64,000 nucleotides of DNA from Patescibacteria group bacterium (GTDB taxonomy: Bacteria > Acidobacteriota > Aminicenantia > UBA2199): NCBI GenBank assembly GCA_035528155.1, contig DATKZA010000014.1, forward strand, positions 419 through 64,418. The letters are read 5' to 3'. This document shows, piece after piece, positions 38,184 through 46,532 of the stretch. The notes beneath the pieces are model-generated. The model was not told where the DNA came from, searched no databases, and saw only the letters and a program-made list of their open reading frames with translations. A program made the translations under genes and the position numbers. How positions within the stretch are numbered: position 1 is the stretch's first letter; the number at the start of each line of letters is the position of its first letter.

Positions 38184-39062
38184 ATGCGCGTCGTCGCTCC
38201 TTACGATTTGTTCTTTATTGTTTTATATGCCTTGCTGATTCCCGCAGTCGGTGTGTTGGTTTTTTGCATGACCGGCCGGGCCGTGGTACTGCCCCTCCTG
38301 CTGTTACTGGAGGCCCTTTACCTGATGCTGGCACTCAGAAAACCATGGCAACGCCGCCTGGGGTTGCGAACGTCTTTTCCCGATGAATGGCGTGAATTTT
38401 TGCTTTCCCGCTCGGCCTATTTTTACGGTCTGGACGAGGACGGCAGAATGCGATTTGAGCGCGATGTCCGCCTGTTCCTCGTCGACGTTCGCATCACCGG
38501 CATCGGGGGACGGCCCCTTTCCTGGCCGACCCGCTTGCTCATCGCCGCCGGGGCTGCGGCCATGCTGCACGGCCGGCCCGATTGGGAGCCGCCGCTCGCC
38601 GATGGCGTTACGGTATATCCCGGCATGAGTTTTGACCGCAATTATCAGGTAAAAAAGGGAAACATTGCCGGACAAGCCCCTGCGGGGGGACCGATGCTGC
38701 TCACCGAGGGAAGTCTGATGCAGGGATTTGCCGATGCCGAAGACGGCTTCAATGTCCTGATTCACGAACTGGCCCACTTTTTTGACCGGGAAGCGAGAAA
38801 GAGCGGGCTGAAATTGCGGCTGCAGTCGGGGACGGTTGCCTGGGCCGAGACCATGGCCCGGGAATGGCAGCGGCACGACCACGGGGCCTCGATCCTGCCC
38901 GCTTACGCCGCCCAGAATGAGGCCGAATTCTTTGCCGTGGCCAGTGAAATGTTCTTTGAAAATCCCCGGCCGCTCCATGACGCCCATCCCGGACTTTTTG
39001 AAATACTGCGGGAGTTCTACCAGCAGGACCCGCGGCAGGTTCTGGCCAGCCGGCCCGTATAA
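38184..39062 (+). CDS. M90-family (MtfA-like) zinc metallopeptidase with N-terminal TM segments
   Basis: HELAHFFD (HExxH) and EFFAVASEMFFE are typical of MtfA/M90. Confidence 0.7.
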   Translation: MRVVAPYDLFFIVLYALLIPAVGVLVFCMTGRAVVLPLLLLLEALYLMLALRKPWQRRLGLRTSFPDEWREFLLSRSAYFYGLDEDGRMRFERDVRLFLVDVRITGIGGRPLSWPTRLLIAAGAAAMLHGRPDWEPPLADGVTVYPGMSFDRNYQVKKGNIAGQAPAGGPMLLTEGSLMQGFADAEDGFNVLIHELAHFFDREARKSGLKLRLQSGTVAWAETMAREWQRHDHGASILPAYAAQNEAEFFAVASEMFFENPRPLHDAHPGLFEILREFYQQDPRQVLASRPV

Positions 39063-39146
39063 ATCCAGCCGCAGCATAAAGCATTTGAAAGTTTATTATA
39101 AATAAACAATTTGTCTGAATTTACGCAAACAATTCACATCCGTTAA

Positions 39147-39207
39147 TTGCAATTTCAAAAAAATATCCTTAAAATAATATTATAGGGGAAACTTATTTTC
39201 ATTTGAG
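39147..39207 (+). promoter_or_regulatory. Island element copy A (promoter-like boxes + degenerate palindrome)
   Basis: TTGCAA (39147-39152), a 17-nt spacer, TAAAAT (39170-39175), then GGGGAAACTTATTTTC (39185-39200). Lies 32 nt upstream of the OmpA-like ATG. Confidence 0.5.
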
Positions 39208-39238
39208 TTAACTTGATAGAAAAAGGAGGGAGAATATA

Positions 39239-40078
39239 ATGAAAAAGAATGTTTTTATTATTTATTGCTTTTGTTTATTCGTACTTTCGGTAACACCCGT
39301 TCTGTCCCTTGCCCAGGAAGATGTGCCGGGCAGCAAAGATCATCCAATTCTTACGCGAATGCCCAGCTTCTACATCTCAGACTATCAATATAAGGAATTT
39401 GACCAGGCCGATTTCAAAAATGATAAGGGGGAGGATATTAAGATTGAAGGCCACAAATATCACATTGAATATGAAATCAAGAAAGACAGGAGGGCTCCGA
39501 GTGAACTTCAAATTTTAAGAAACTATGAAAATGCTATAAAAAAAATAGGAGGTTCGATTCTTTATGAAGCTCCAGGAGAAACATGGCTCAAGGTGGAAAC
39601 GGGCGGAAAAATAACGTGGATTTATATATATGCGCATTCTGAGGGAGAATCATATGAAGTGGCGATTGTAGAGAAAAAGGCAATGGCGCAGGAAGTCGTT
39701 GCCGATGCAAAAAGCCTGGCAAGGGATATCCGCTCGACCGGGCATGTATCTGTTTATGGTATCTACTTTGACTTTAATGAAGCCACGGTTAAGCCAGAGT
39801 CCGAGTCGACGCTGAAGGAGATTGCGAAACTTCTAAAAAATGAACCTGAGCTAAATCTGTACGTGGTCGGGCACACTGATGGTGTGGGGAAAACTGCTTA
39901 CAATATGAAACTTTCCCTGGCACGGGCTGAAGCTGTTGTAAGAGTCCTGGTAACAAAGTATGAGGTGGCTCAGAACAGGCTTGATTCTTATGGAGTGGGC
40001 CCCTTGAGCCCTGTAGCTTCCAATGAGACCGAGGAAGGCCGAGCAAAAAACAGACGGGTTGAGTTGGTTAAAGAATAG
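39239..40078 (+). CDS. OmpA-family protein: signal peptide + N-terminal domain (DUF4892-like) + OmpA C-terminal peptidoglycan-binding domain
   Basis: 279 aa. GSKDHPILTRMPSFYISDY resembles the DUF4892 start. The C-terminus FDFNEATVKPES...VGHTDGVG...YNMKLSLARAEAV...GRAKNRRVELV is a canonical OmpA_C domain. Confidence 0.85.
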   Translation: MKKNVFIIYCFCLFVLSVTPVLSLAQEDVPGSKDHPILTRMPSFYISDYQYKEFDQADFKNDKGEDIKIEGHKYHIEYEIKKDRRAPSELQILRNYENAIKKIGGSILYEAPGETWLKVETGGKITWIYIYAHSEGESYEVAIVEKKAMAQEVVADAKSLARDIRSTGHVSVYGIYFDFNEATVKPESESTLKEIAKLLKNEPELNLYVVGHTDGVGKTAYNMKLSLARAEAVVRVLVTKYEVAQNRLDSYGVGPLSPVASNETEEGRAKNRRVELVKE

Positions 40079-40087
40079 TCGATATGA

Positions 40088-42073
40088 ATGGTGGTTATTA
40101 TGAATAAAATAAAGTTTTTTTTCCCAGCTCTGCTGTTTTCTTTATTGTTCAGCATATCTTTTATAGCATTTGCAACTTCCGGTGATGGATGTGATGGCTG
40201 TAAGAGAGATGCGGTACTTAAGAAAGCCATTGGTCTGGACAAGGACTGGGCTGCGGAATACAACCGGTTAAAAAATTGGGTTTCAAAGAACTTCGATGAG
40301 CCCGAAGGAGAGCCAAACCAGTTAGAGCCCTATATCCGCTGGATGGGTATCAAGGCCAAGGACAGAGACGAAGTCAAAGCCCTCCTGGAAGAAGTGAACC
40401 GCCTGAGTTATCTCAATCCCAAGGACAAAGCTCTGGAACAATGGACACAAAAGTTCTTTTATCTCCAGGAACTGGCACAGGGCTCGGGAATATCGACGGT
40501 AAACGGCGCCTGTATGAAGTTCATGCGCTTGAGAAGCCCGCTATTCCCAAAGATTGCAAACTGGAAGGAGCTTATTTGGAGGCTGCAGAGGTATGGAAGA
40601 GTTATTTATACAAAAGCCCAGGAAACGGCTTTCGTTAGTCCCATGATCAAAGGATATGCAAAATGTTTGATCAATTTTTCCATTCGGGATGTGGAAGGTG
40701 ATCCGTATGGTTTTGGTGTTTATCGGGATCGTGAAGGACTTTTCGGCTATATGGACGAAGAGGGGTTTCTTAACATCCCAGATCGCGATTTCACAACGGA
40801 CTGTGAAAGACGAGGAGAATTCACGCTGACATCAAAAGGGGAGCCTGCCCAGCCCACGGATATTGGCCTGGACTGGATAGAAAAGGTACGAGAAGAAGCC
40901 AAATGGTGGCAGCTTGCCGGGGAGTATTCTGATGCCACGGATTTGATGAATGAGTTTTTCGAGGATTCCATGTGTAAAAGCCCACCCAACACGCCCGGAC
41001 AAGGACACAAGAATTTTTATGGCAAACAGGCCCTGAAACACAGCCTGCAAAAATCCATAGATTATAATGACGGCTTTTACGGCATTGTATACGGCAAAGT
41101 GGAAATAGAGACCAGTGAAGGCAGGACCCCGGCCGGATATGCCACCGTCAAAGTCACTGACCCCCATGACAAGAAGACATGGGAGACGGAAGCCGACAGT
41201 GAAGGAAATTACGAGATCAAGGATGTCATTCTCCACAAAGACTGCTCTCCTTTTACGATCACAGCCGCATCCGGCATAGACAAGGTCATCGATCAATATG
41301 ACGGTCCTCTGGAAAAGCCTGACCGATCTTACCGTTATAAAAAGAATTTGGTAATCCGCAAATCACCTGTATCTGCTAGGATTACTTTAACATCGGAAAC
41401 GACAACCAAAGCAGATGGTACAATAAATTTCCCGGGAGAGGGAGAGAGGAAGACAATTGTTAAGGACAATAGTTATAAAATCATAAGTGTAACAATATTA
41501 GCTAATTTTGAAGAAAAACCGGAGGTTGATTTCGACGATCAACTAAAAGTCATAGGTTACAATTATAAAATAACTAACTATAAGGTAATTTCAGAGACCT
41601 ACAGTGACGAAGGCACGTTTTATGAAGCTCAGTACGATGCTGCTGGCCGTCTCCGGGTAGAATCAACGAGCAAAACTACACGGAGCGGGACATCAACAAA
41701 AATAGAGCTTCAATCAATTGAAAGTAATACAATGTCGCTGGATGTGGATAAAACGACGGGCAAGATAAACTATGTAGATTTTCCTTTTTTTGATGTAATG
41801 TTCATAGTTAATAGCAATTCCCAGACAACTGGCAGAAAAGAGTCATCAATAGGCAACTACGACCCTATTAACATTAGCGACACAAAATCATATGATAATG
41901 AGTTTTCGGTTCAATCAGGTTCAGGTTCACGGCTAAAAGTGCTTAATGGAGACGGCGTGCATTTTATTTCGGGAAAGTATGTTGATGAACATACAACGGT
42001 AGACAACCAAGATACAAGAACAAGAACAGAGAAAGTTACATATCAGTGGGAGGTTAGAATACAAAAAAAATGA
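40088..42073 (+). CDS. Secreted 661-aa protein of unknown function with an internal carboxypeptidase-regulatory-like (CarboxypepD_reg) beta-sandwich
   Basis: Signal peptide (alternative start at 40100, MNKIKFFFPALLF...AFA). YGKVEIETSEGRTPAGYATVKVTDPHDKKTWETEADSEGNYEIKDV (~41080-41270) is a textbook CarboxypepD_reg pattern. The rest is unrecognised. Confidence 0.7.
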   Translation: MVVIMNKIKFFFPALLFSLLFSISFIAFATSGDGCDGCKRDAVLKKAIGLDKDWAAEYNRLKNWVSKNFDEPEGEPNQLEPYIRWMGIKAKDRDEVKALLEEVNRLSYLNPKDKALEQWTQKFFYLQELAQGSGISTVNGACMKFMRLRSPLFPKIANWKELIWRLQRYGRVIYTKAQETAFVSPMIKGYAKCLINFSIRDVEGDPYGFGVYRDREGLFGYMDEEGFLNIPDRDFTTDCERRGEFTLTSKGEPAQPTDIGLDWIEKVREEAKWWQLAGEYSDATDLMNEFFEDSMCKSPPNTPGQGHKNFYGKQALKHSLQKSIDYNDGFYGIVYGKVEIETSEGRTPAGYATVKVTDPHDKKTWETEADSEGNYEIKDVILHKDCSPFTITAASGIDKVIDQYDGPLEKPDRSYRYKKNLVIRKSPVSARITLTSETTTKADGTINFPGEGERKTIVKDNSYKIISVTILANFEEKPEVDFDDQLKVIGYNYKITNYKVISETYSDEGTFYEAQYDAAGRLRVESTSKTTRSGTSTKIELQSIESNTMSLDVDKTTGKINYVDFPFFDVMFIVNSNSQTTGRKESSIGNYDPINISDTKSYDNEFSVQSGSGSRLKVLNGDGVHFISGKYVDEHTTVDNQDTRTRTEKVTYQWEVRIQKK

Positions 42074-42244
42074 AACTTTCGCAGGCAAGGGCCAAGGCAG
42101 TTATAAAAGCCCTGGTAACAAAGCATGGAGTGGCTCAGAACCGTCTTGATCCCTATGGAGTGGGCCCCTTTGAGCCCTGTGGCCTCCAACGAGACCGATG
42201 AAGGGCGAGCAAAAAACAGACGGGTGGAGTTGGTTAAACAGTAA
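42070..42244 (+). pseudogene. Remnant of a second OmpA-like C-terminal domain (paralogous to 39906-40078), frameshifted
   Basis: Nucleotide-level similarity runs from ATGAAACTTTC... through ...GCAAAAAACAGACGGGT(T/G)GAGTTGGTTAAA. An extra T in GGCCCCTTTGAG shifts the frame. Only the last ~57 codons of an OmpA domain are present. Confidence 0.65.
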
Positions 42245-42257
42245 ACAGGAGGCAATC

Positions 42258-42848
42258 ATGTTCAAAAAAGCTGTATTAGCGGGATTCATAATCCTGACGT
42301 TTTCCAATTATACAGGAATTGTATATGGAAAGGGGGAAACAACAGGCTATTTGCAGATTATTTATAAAAGCTGTGAATGTGGGATGACTAAGCCCCATGT
42401 ATTCAGCTGTTATGCCCCTTTTTCTATAAAAGGCAATAAAATAATCGGAGATTTTGAAATTCCAGAAGATGCCAAAATGTACCTTCCCGTTGTCCCGATT
42501 GACCCTGCTGATCGTGATTCTTCCGATTTTGAAAAACAAATTATCGTGTATTCGTACAAATGCCCTCCAGTAGATGAGGACTGTCCCCCACCGGATGTTA
42601 ATGGCCAACTAAACGTTCATAAGGTAAGTGGCGAGGTCGTTAAAATTAAAGGAAAAAAAATGCTGCATTTTGTGATAAGACTTTCTATTCCATATTGCAC
42701 TGTGAATGTATGTGGTCACGTGGCTGATCGTTCAATGGAACCCTGGTCTGATGAGTTTCTGGCCCCATTCCAAGACGGTTATCGTACAGAGCGAGGTGAA
42801 AATGTAATGTTTATTTACGTAGTTAATCTTCAGGCGGACCCAAAATGA
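42258..42848 (+). CDS. Secreted Cys-rich hypothetical protein (196 aa)
   Basis: AGGAGG lies 5 nt upstream of the ATG at 42258. Signal peptide MFKKAVLAGFIILTFSNYTGIVYG. 9 Cys in total. No family recognised. Confidence 0.6.
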   Translation: MFKKAVLAGFIILTFSNYTGIVYGKGETTGYLQIIYKSCECGMTKPHVFSCYAPFSIKGNKIIGDFEIPEDAKMYLPVVPIDPADRDSSDFEKQIIVYSYKCPPVDEDCPPPDVNGQLNVHKVSGEVVKIKGKKMLHFVIRLSIPYCTVNVCGHVADRSMEPWSDEFLAPFQDGYRTERGENVMFIYVVNLQADPK

Positions 42849-42871
42849 TACACTGCTTCGCAAAAAGCACA

Positions 42872-42934
42872 GTGCAATTTCAATAAAAATTTTCTTAAAA
42901 TCCCAGCATGAGACAAATTGATTTTCCTATATAT
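42872..42934 (+). promoter_or_regulatory. Island element copy B
   Basis: GTGCAA (42872-42877), an 18-nt spacer, TAAAAT (42896-42901), then ATGAGACAAATTGATTTTCCTATAT. It opens a 43-codon ORF (42908-43039) that ends 21 nt before the DUF502 gene. Confidence 0.45.
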
Positions 42935-43060
42935 GAAGCAGACCTGGTATTTCATGGTAATGATACCGGTATGACTGGGGCTTTTCCCCGAAAAATACCG
43001 AAGCAAACGGTTGATTCCGTCTTCGATATTGTTCGGTAAAAAATTTTAGGGGGAACCAAA

Positions 43061-43660
43061 ATGAAAAAGATCAAAAATTTTATTAAAACGACTCTTTTTG
43101 GAGGATTACTTGTTATCCTTCCCATCGTTCTTACTTTTTTTCTTATAAGGTGGATATTTAATATTGTTTCGGGAATGATAGAACCCTTGACCATGTTGAT
43201 AATGAAACAACCGCATATGCGAAAGATTATTGCGGATATCATCTCCGTGGTTCTGATAATCGTGGTCTGCTTTGTGATCGGCTTGATCGTAAAGACAAAA
43301 ATAGGTAGATATTTATTTGCTGAGATCGATAATCATATCCTAAAAATTGCTCCGGGTTATTCATTATTCAAGGAAACATTGAAGCAACTTGTGGGTCAGG
43401 AAAAGAAACCTTTCTCTTCAGTGGTTCTGGCAAGAATATTCGGCAGCGATACACTTATGACCGGTTTTGTTACCGATGATCACCCGGACGGCAGGTATAC
43501 GGTCTATTTCCCCTCGGCGCTTAACCCCACAACCGGGCTTTTGTGTCATTTGAAAAAAGAGGATGTCCGGATAATCGATGTTTCCGTAGAGACGGCAATG
43601 AGGTCGATCATCAGCTGCGGGGTGGGATCAGCCAAGCTGTTTGAAAAGTTGAAACAATAA
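43061..43660 (+). CDS. DUF502-family membrane protein
   Basis: 199 aa. The N-terminal LFGGLLVILPIVLTFFLIRWIF and a second TM helix resemble the DUF502 topology and signature. Confidence 0.7.
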   Translation: MKKIKNFIKTTLFGGLLVILPIVLTFFLIRWIFNIVSGMIEPLTMLIMKQPHMRKIIADIISVVLIIVVCFVIGLIVKTKIGRYLFAEIDNHILKIAPGYSLFKETLKQLVGQEKKPFSSVVLARIFGSDTLMTGFVTDDHPDGRYTVYFPSALNPTTGLLCHLKKEDVRIIDVSVETAMRSIISCGVGSAKLFEKLKQ

Positions 43661-43781
43661 ATTTTGACAAATTTGGCTTAAAGCAAATTTGTACAACCGA
43701 ATCCAGAATCGTTATTGCATAACTGTACCAGGACGCCTGCCGGCGGTTCAAACAAACAAGTCAAGCACGGTTAAAACGATC

Positions 43782-43845
43782 TTGCAATTTCAATACAATT
43801 TCCTTACACTATCATCATGGGGAAAATTGAGTTTCCTATAAGTTC
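43782..43845 (+). promoter_or_regulatory. Island element copy C
   Basis: TTGCAA (43782-43787), a 17-nt spacer, TACACT (43805-43810), then ATCATCATGGGGAAAATTGAGTTTCCTATAAGT. A 13-codon mini-ORF runs 43817-43858. Confidence 0.5.
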
Positions 43846-43882
43846 AAATCATTCCTGACGACTGAAGAAAGGGGGAGAAATT

Positions 43883-45838
43883 ATGGTTCGTATAAAGTTT
43901 TTATATTGCTTACGGGCAGCGATATTGCTGATGCTTTTGACAAACGTTGTGTCCCATGCAGTTGCGGACTCACAAAAGACCCTGCCGGCGCAGGTCAAGT
44001 TAAACATAAGCTGGGACATCGACGGGGAATACGAACATAGGAAGGGATCATTTTTAATGCAAATAGCAGGGACTATGGAACTCAATCCTTTGAGCGTGCA
44101 AACCCCTGGCGGCAAAGCAATAACGCCGGTATCTCTCCAATACTCCGCAGAAGGTTTGAGTGGTTCATTCAACTATCAGGAGACGGTTACCGAGAAAGCA
44201 AAACCTAAGGAATGTGCACCGGTGCAGAACTACAAGGGCTCGGGGGCGATTAACACGGTTGGAGGCGGCCTGCGAGTGCAGCGAATGAAACACCTGGCTT
44301 CGGCCTATCTGGACAAACTCACCCCCATGCAAAAGCAGTTCCTTGCTCAGATTCCCGGGCAGGAATTGCTTCTTGATTTTTACCAGTTTGGCTGTGTACT
44401 CCCCGGACGATTTGTTGTATCGGGTATGTGCCAGGGCAGAGATTGTAAATACGACAAATGCGAAAAAAAAATAAGCCTTGGCAGGGTTTCTCTGGGTTTT
44501 AAAATACCGTCCTCCGGAAAGATGGAAGGCCATCGCAATTGGAAGGCCAGCCCTAAAACATTCGAATCTATCTTTATTGTCAGCTTAGCCGACCTGCCCG
44601 ATAAAATGGGACTCCCCGCTTACAAACCGGCGCAATCCACTGGAGGGGATGTGACCTATAACGTCACCTGGGCTTTTGGTAAGGCCGTTTTAAAACCCCT
44701 GGACGGGGAGGTACGCACGGTATCTTTCAATTACACCGACGGCAGCCAGGACCAGGAACATAGTCTGAAGCTCTTGCACCACAACCCGTCCCGGCCCGTC
44801 GAGCCGCCGGAATGGATCCGCGGCGACGTAGTGCCCGAACCGGCGGCTTTTGTACGCGATTACCCTTTTCTCGTGAAGGCCGTCTTTGATTGCCGTAGAC
44901 CGGTCAAGGCTGCCGAGATTCGTGCCGATGAAACAGGCGATTCCGGTAGTTGCTTCGGCGGGCAGCTAACCCAGGTAGGCGATTTAACTATTTCCGGCAA
45001 ACAAATCTCCGGAGAATTCGTCATCAAAACACCCCAGAAGGTAATCGGAACCCACCGAGTACGCTGGCAATGGGAGGGCGATATCGAGTTTGAGGACGAG
45101 CCGGGGAAAATAAAAGCGAATCTTGGAGAAAGTGAGCATACAATTTACATTGTTGGCGACGTACCCACAAGAAATACTCGCGCCTACAAACACGCTGTGG
45201 ACCTCGGCTGCGAATGGGCGGAGGGAACTGATGGAGGTGCTGATACTTTTGGGCAAATCTGGTCAAAATTTTGGAACATCAGGGCTCCGAACGGCGGCAT
45301 CCTGTCTTATGCACATAAGCCGGAATGTCCGGGTGACACTAACGCATTACTCACAAATAACGAGGGCAAATGTGGCGCCTGGGCTGACTTCTTCAAAGAT
45401 ACTGTCGGCATTCATGGAATTCAGATTTTAAAAATCGGCATTTATCCAAAGAATGCAGAGATGACTATCCCAGGAGAGTCATGCTTCGATACCATAGTGG
45501 TCAAAGAGGGACCAGCCCAGGGCAACCCTGAGCCGGCCCGTGTTTTTTTTGAGCACGTACTAAATGAATTAAATGGGATTTATTACGATCCCTCCTACCA
45601 TTATGAGTTTTCCGGAAGTTTAAATGGCTATGAAAACGAAATGTTCCAAGGCTACTGTCGCAGTCTTGAGGTGAAAGACCTTATCAACTCTGGCAAAACC
45701 AGGTGCGCTCAAATAAACCATTCCAACAAGCAGCAAAGAGAAGCGCTCATCGCTGAGTGTCTTATTAAGGCAGAGGATGATGGAACCGCGTGTGTACCCA
45801 ACCGGGATGAATGCGAAGTTTACGAAATAATTGAATAA
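43883..45838 (+). CDS. Secreted 651-aa protein with a C-terminal transglutaminase-like (papain-fold Cys-His-Asp) domain
   Basis: Signal peptide ...VVSHAVA. GKCGAWADFFKDTVGIHGI (Cys codon 45371-45373), EHVLNEL (His 45554-45556) and IYYDPSY (Asp 45587-45589) match the G-x-C-x-x-[FW]-A ... H ... D-P-[ST] layout of transglutaminase-core enzymes. Confidence 0.65.
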   Translation: MVRIKFLYCLRAAILLMLLTNVVSHAVADSQKTLPAQVKLNISWDIDGEYEHRKGSFLMQIAGTMELNPLSVQTPGGKAITPVSLQYSAEGLSGSFNYQETVTEKAKPKECAPVQNYKGSGAINTVGGGLRVQRMKHLASAYLDKLTPMQKQFLAQIPGQELLLDFYQFGCVLPGRFVVSGMCQGRDCKYDKCEKKISLGRVSLGFKIPSSGKMEGHRNWKASPKTFESIFIVSLADLPDKMGLPAYKPAQSTGGDVTYNVTWAFGKAVLKPLDGEVRTVSFNYTDGSQDQEHSLKLLHHNPSRPVEPPEWIRGDVVPEPAAFVRDYPFLVKAVFDCRRPVKAAEIRADETGDSGSCFGGQLTQVGDLTISGKQISGEFVIKTPQKVIGTHRVRWQWEGDIEFEDEPGKIKANLGESEHTIYIVGDVPTRNTRAYKHAVDLGCEWAEGTDGGADTFGQIWSKFWNIRAPNGGILSYAHKPECPGDTNALLTNNEGKCGAWADFFKDTVGIHGIQILKIGIYPKNAEMTIPGESCFDTIVVKEGPAQGNPEPARVFFEHVLNELNGIYYDPSYHYEFSGSLNGYENEMFQGYCRSLEVKDLINSGKTRCAQINHSNKQQREALIAECLIKAEDDGTACVPNRDECEVYEIIE

Positions 45839-45880
45839 CAAGACGTTCGATCGATTTGGGCTTACAATTCGCATCGTTTA

Positions 45881-45945
45881 TTGCAATTTCACTAAAATTC
45901 CCTTAAAATTCCATCATAGGGAAAATTAATTTTCCTATAAGTCGA
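45881..45945 (+). promoter_or_regulatory. Island element copy D (best-preserved; perfect 16-bp palindrome)
   Basis: TTGCAA (45881-45886), a 17-nt spacer, TAAAAT (45904-45909), then the palindrome GGAAAATTAATTTTCC at 45920-45935. Confidence 0.55.
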
Positions 45946-46010
45946 GCTGGTTGCCGGCGGATTGGCGATTGCGAATGAAAGTCGGCAACAAATACTTAGG
46001 AGGCCCATCT

Positions 46011-46457
46011 ATGTCAAGATCCATGATCGTTCTGGTGATGTTGAGCGGATGTTTGCTGATCTTCGGAAATACGGTCCAGGCGGCTGATGAAAGTGTCGGA
46101 CAAGCCATTATTGGACATTGGTCAATCGCCCCCAACGAAGCCAGGACAAAAGGAACACTGATTTTTAATAACAATGGGACGTATGAGCGGATCGAAACTG
46201 ATAAGGACAATAGCAGCTATTCGGTCAAAGGCCCGTATAAGATAAATGAAAAGCAGCACCCATGCGCCATCGACCTGTGCGTAGATAAATGTGGCGGGGC
46301 CGGTTCGGAGTGGACCACCTTGTTCGGGATATTGAGATTTCTGGATAACGGCCAACTGGAAATCCAGTTCTCATCCAGCAGTGAAAGACCTGAGGCATTT
46401 CCCCAAAAACCAGACCTCGGCACTTATCTGTTGACCCGAAAAGCGGTTAAAGAATAG
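46011..46457 (+). CDS. Small secreted lipocalin-like protein (resembles the TIGR03067 family)
   Basis: AGGAGG lies 7 nt upstream of the ATG at 46011. Signal peptide ...NTVQA. GHWSI..., KQHPCAIDL, GILRFLDNGQLEIQFSSSSERPEAF resembles the P.AIDL ... GIY.LdGD.L.l......RP..F pattern of that family. Confidence 0.55.
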   Translation: MSRSMIVLVMLSGCLLIFGNTVQAADESVGQAIIGHWSIAPNEARTKGTLIFNNNGTYERIETDKDNSSYSVKGPYKINEKQHPCAIDLCVDKCGGAGSEWTTLFGILRFLDNGQLEIQFSSSSERPEAFPQKPDLGTYLLTRKAVKE

Positions 46458-46494
46458 GCACATGTTTCCCTTTGATCAAAGTGCGGGAGGAAAA

Positions 46495-46532
46495 TCGAAT
46501 CATAATGGGTAAAATTAATTTTCTTAAAAGTT
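46495..46532 (+). repeat. Island element copy E (3' half only), containing the start codon of the next gene
   Basis: ATCATAATGGGTAAAATTAATTTTCTTAAAAGT aligns with copies C and D. No TTGCAA/-10 part is present upstream. Confidence 0.5.

Noticed and set aside
42952-43242. 96-aa minus-strand ORF overlapping the start of the DUF502 gene
   Set aside because: No RBS and an AT-rich low-information product. It overlaps a plus-strand gene that has a good RBS (GGGGGA) and a family-typical N-terminus.
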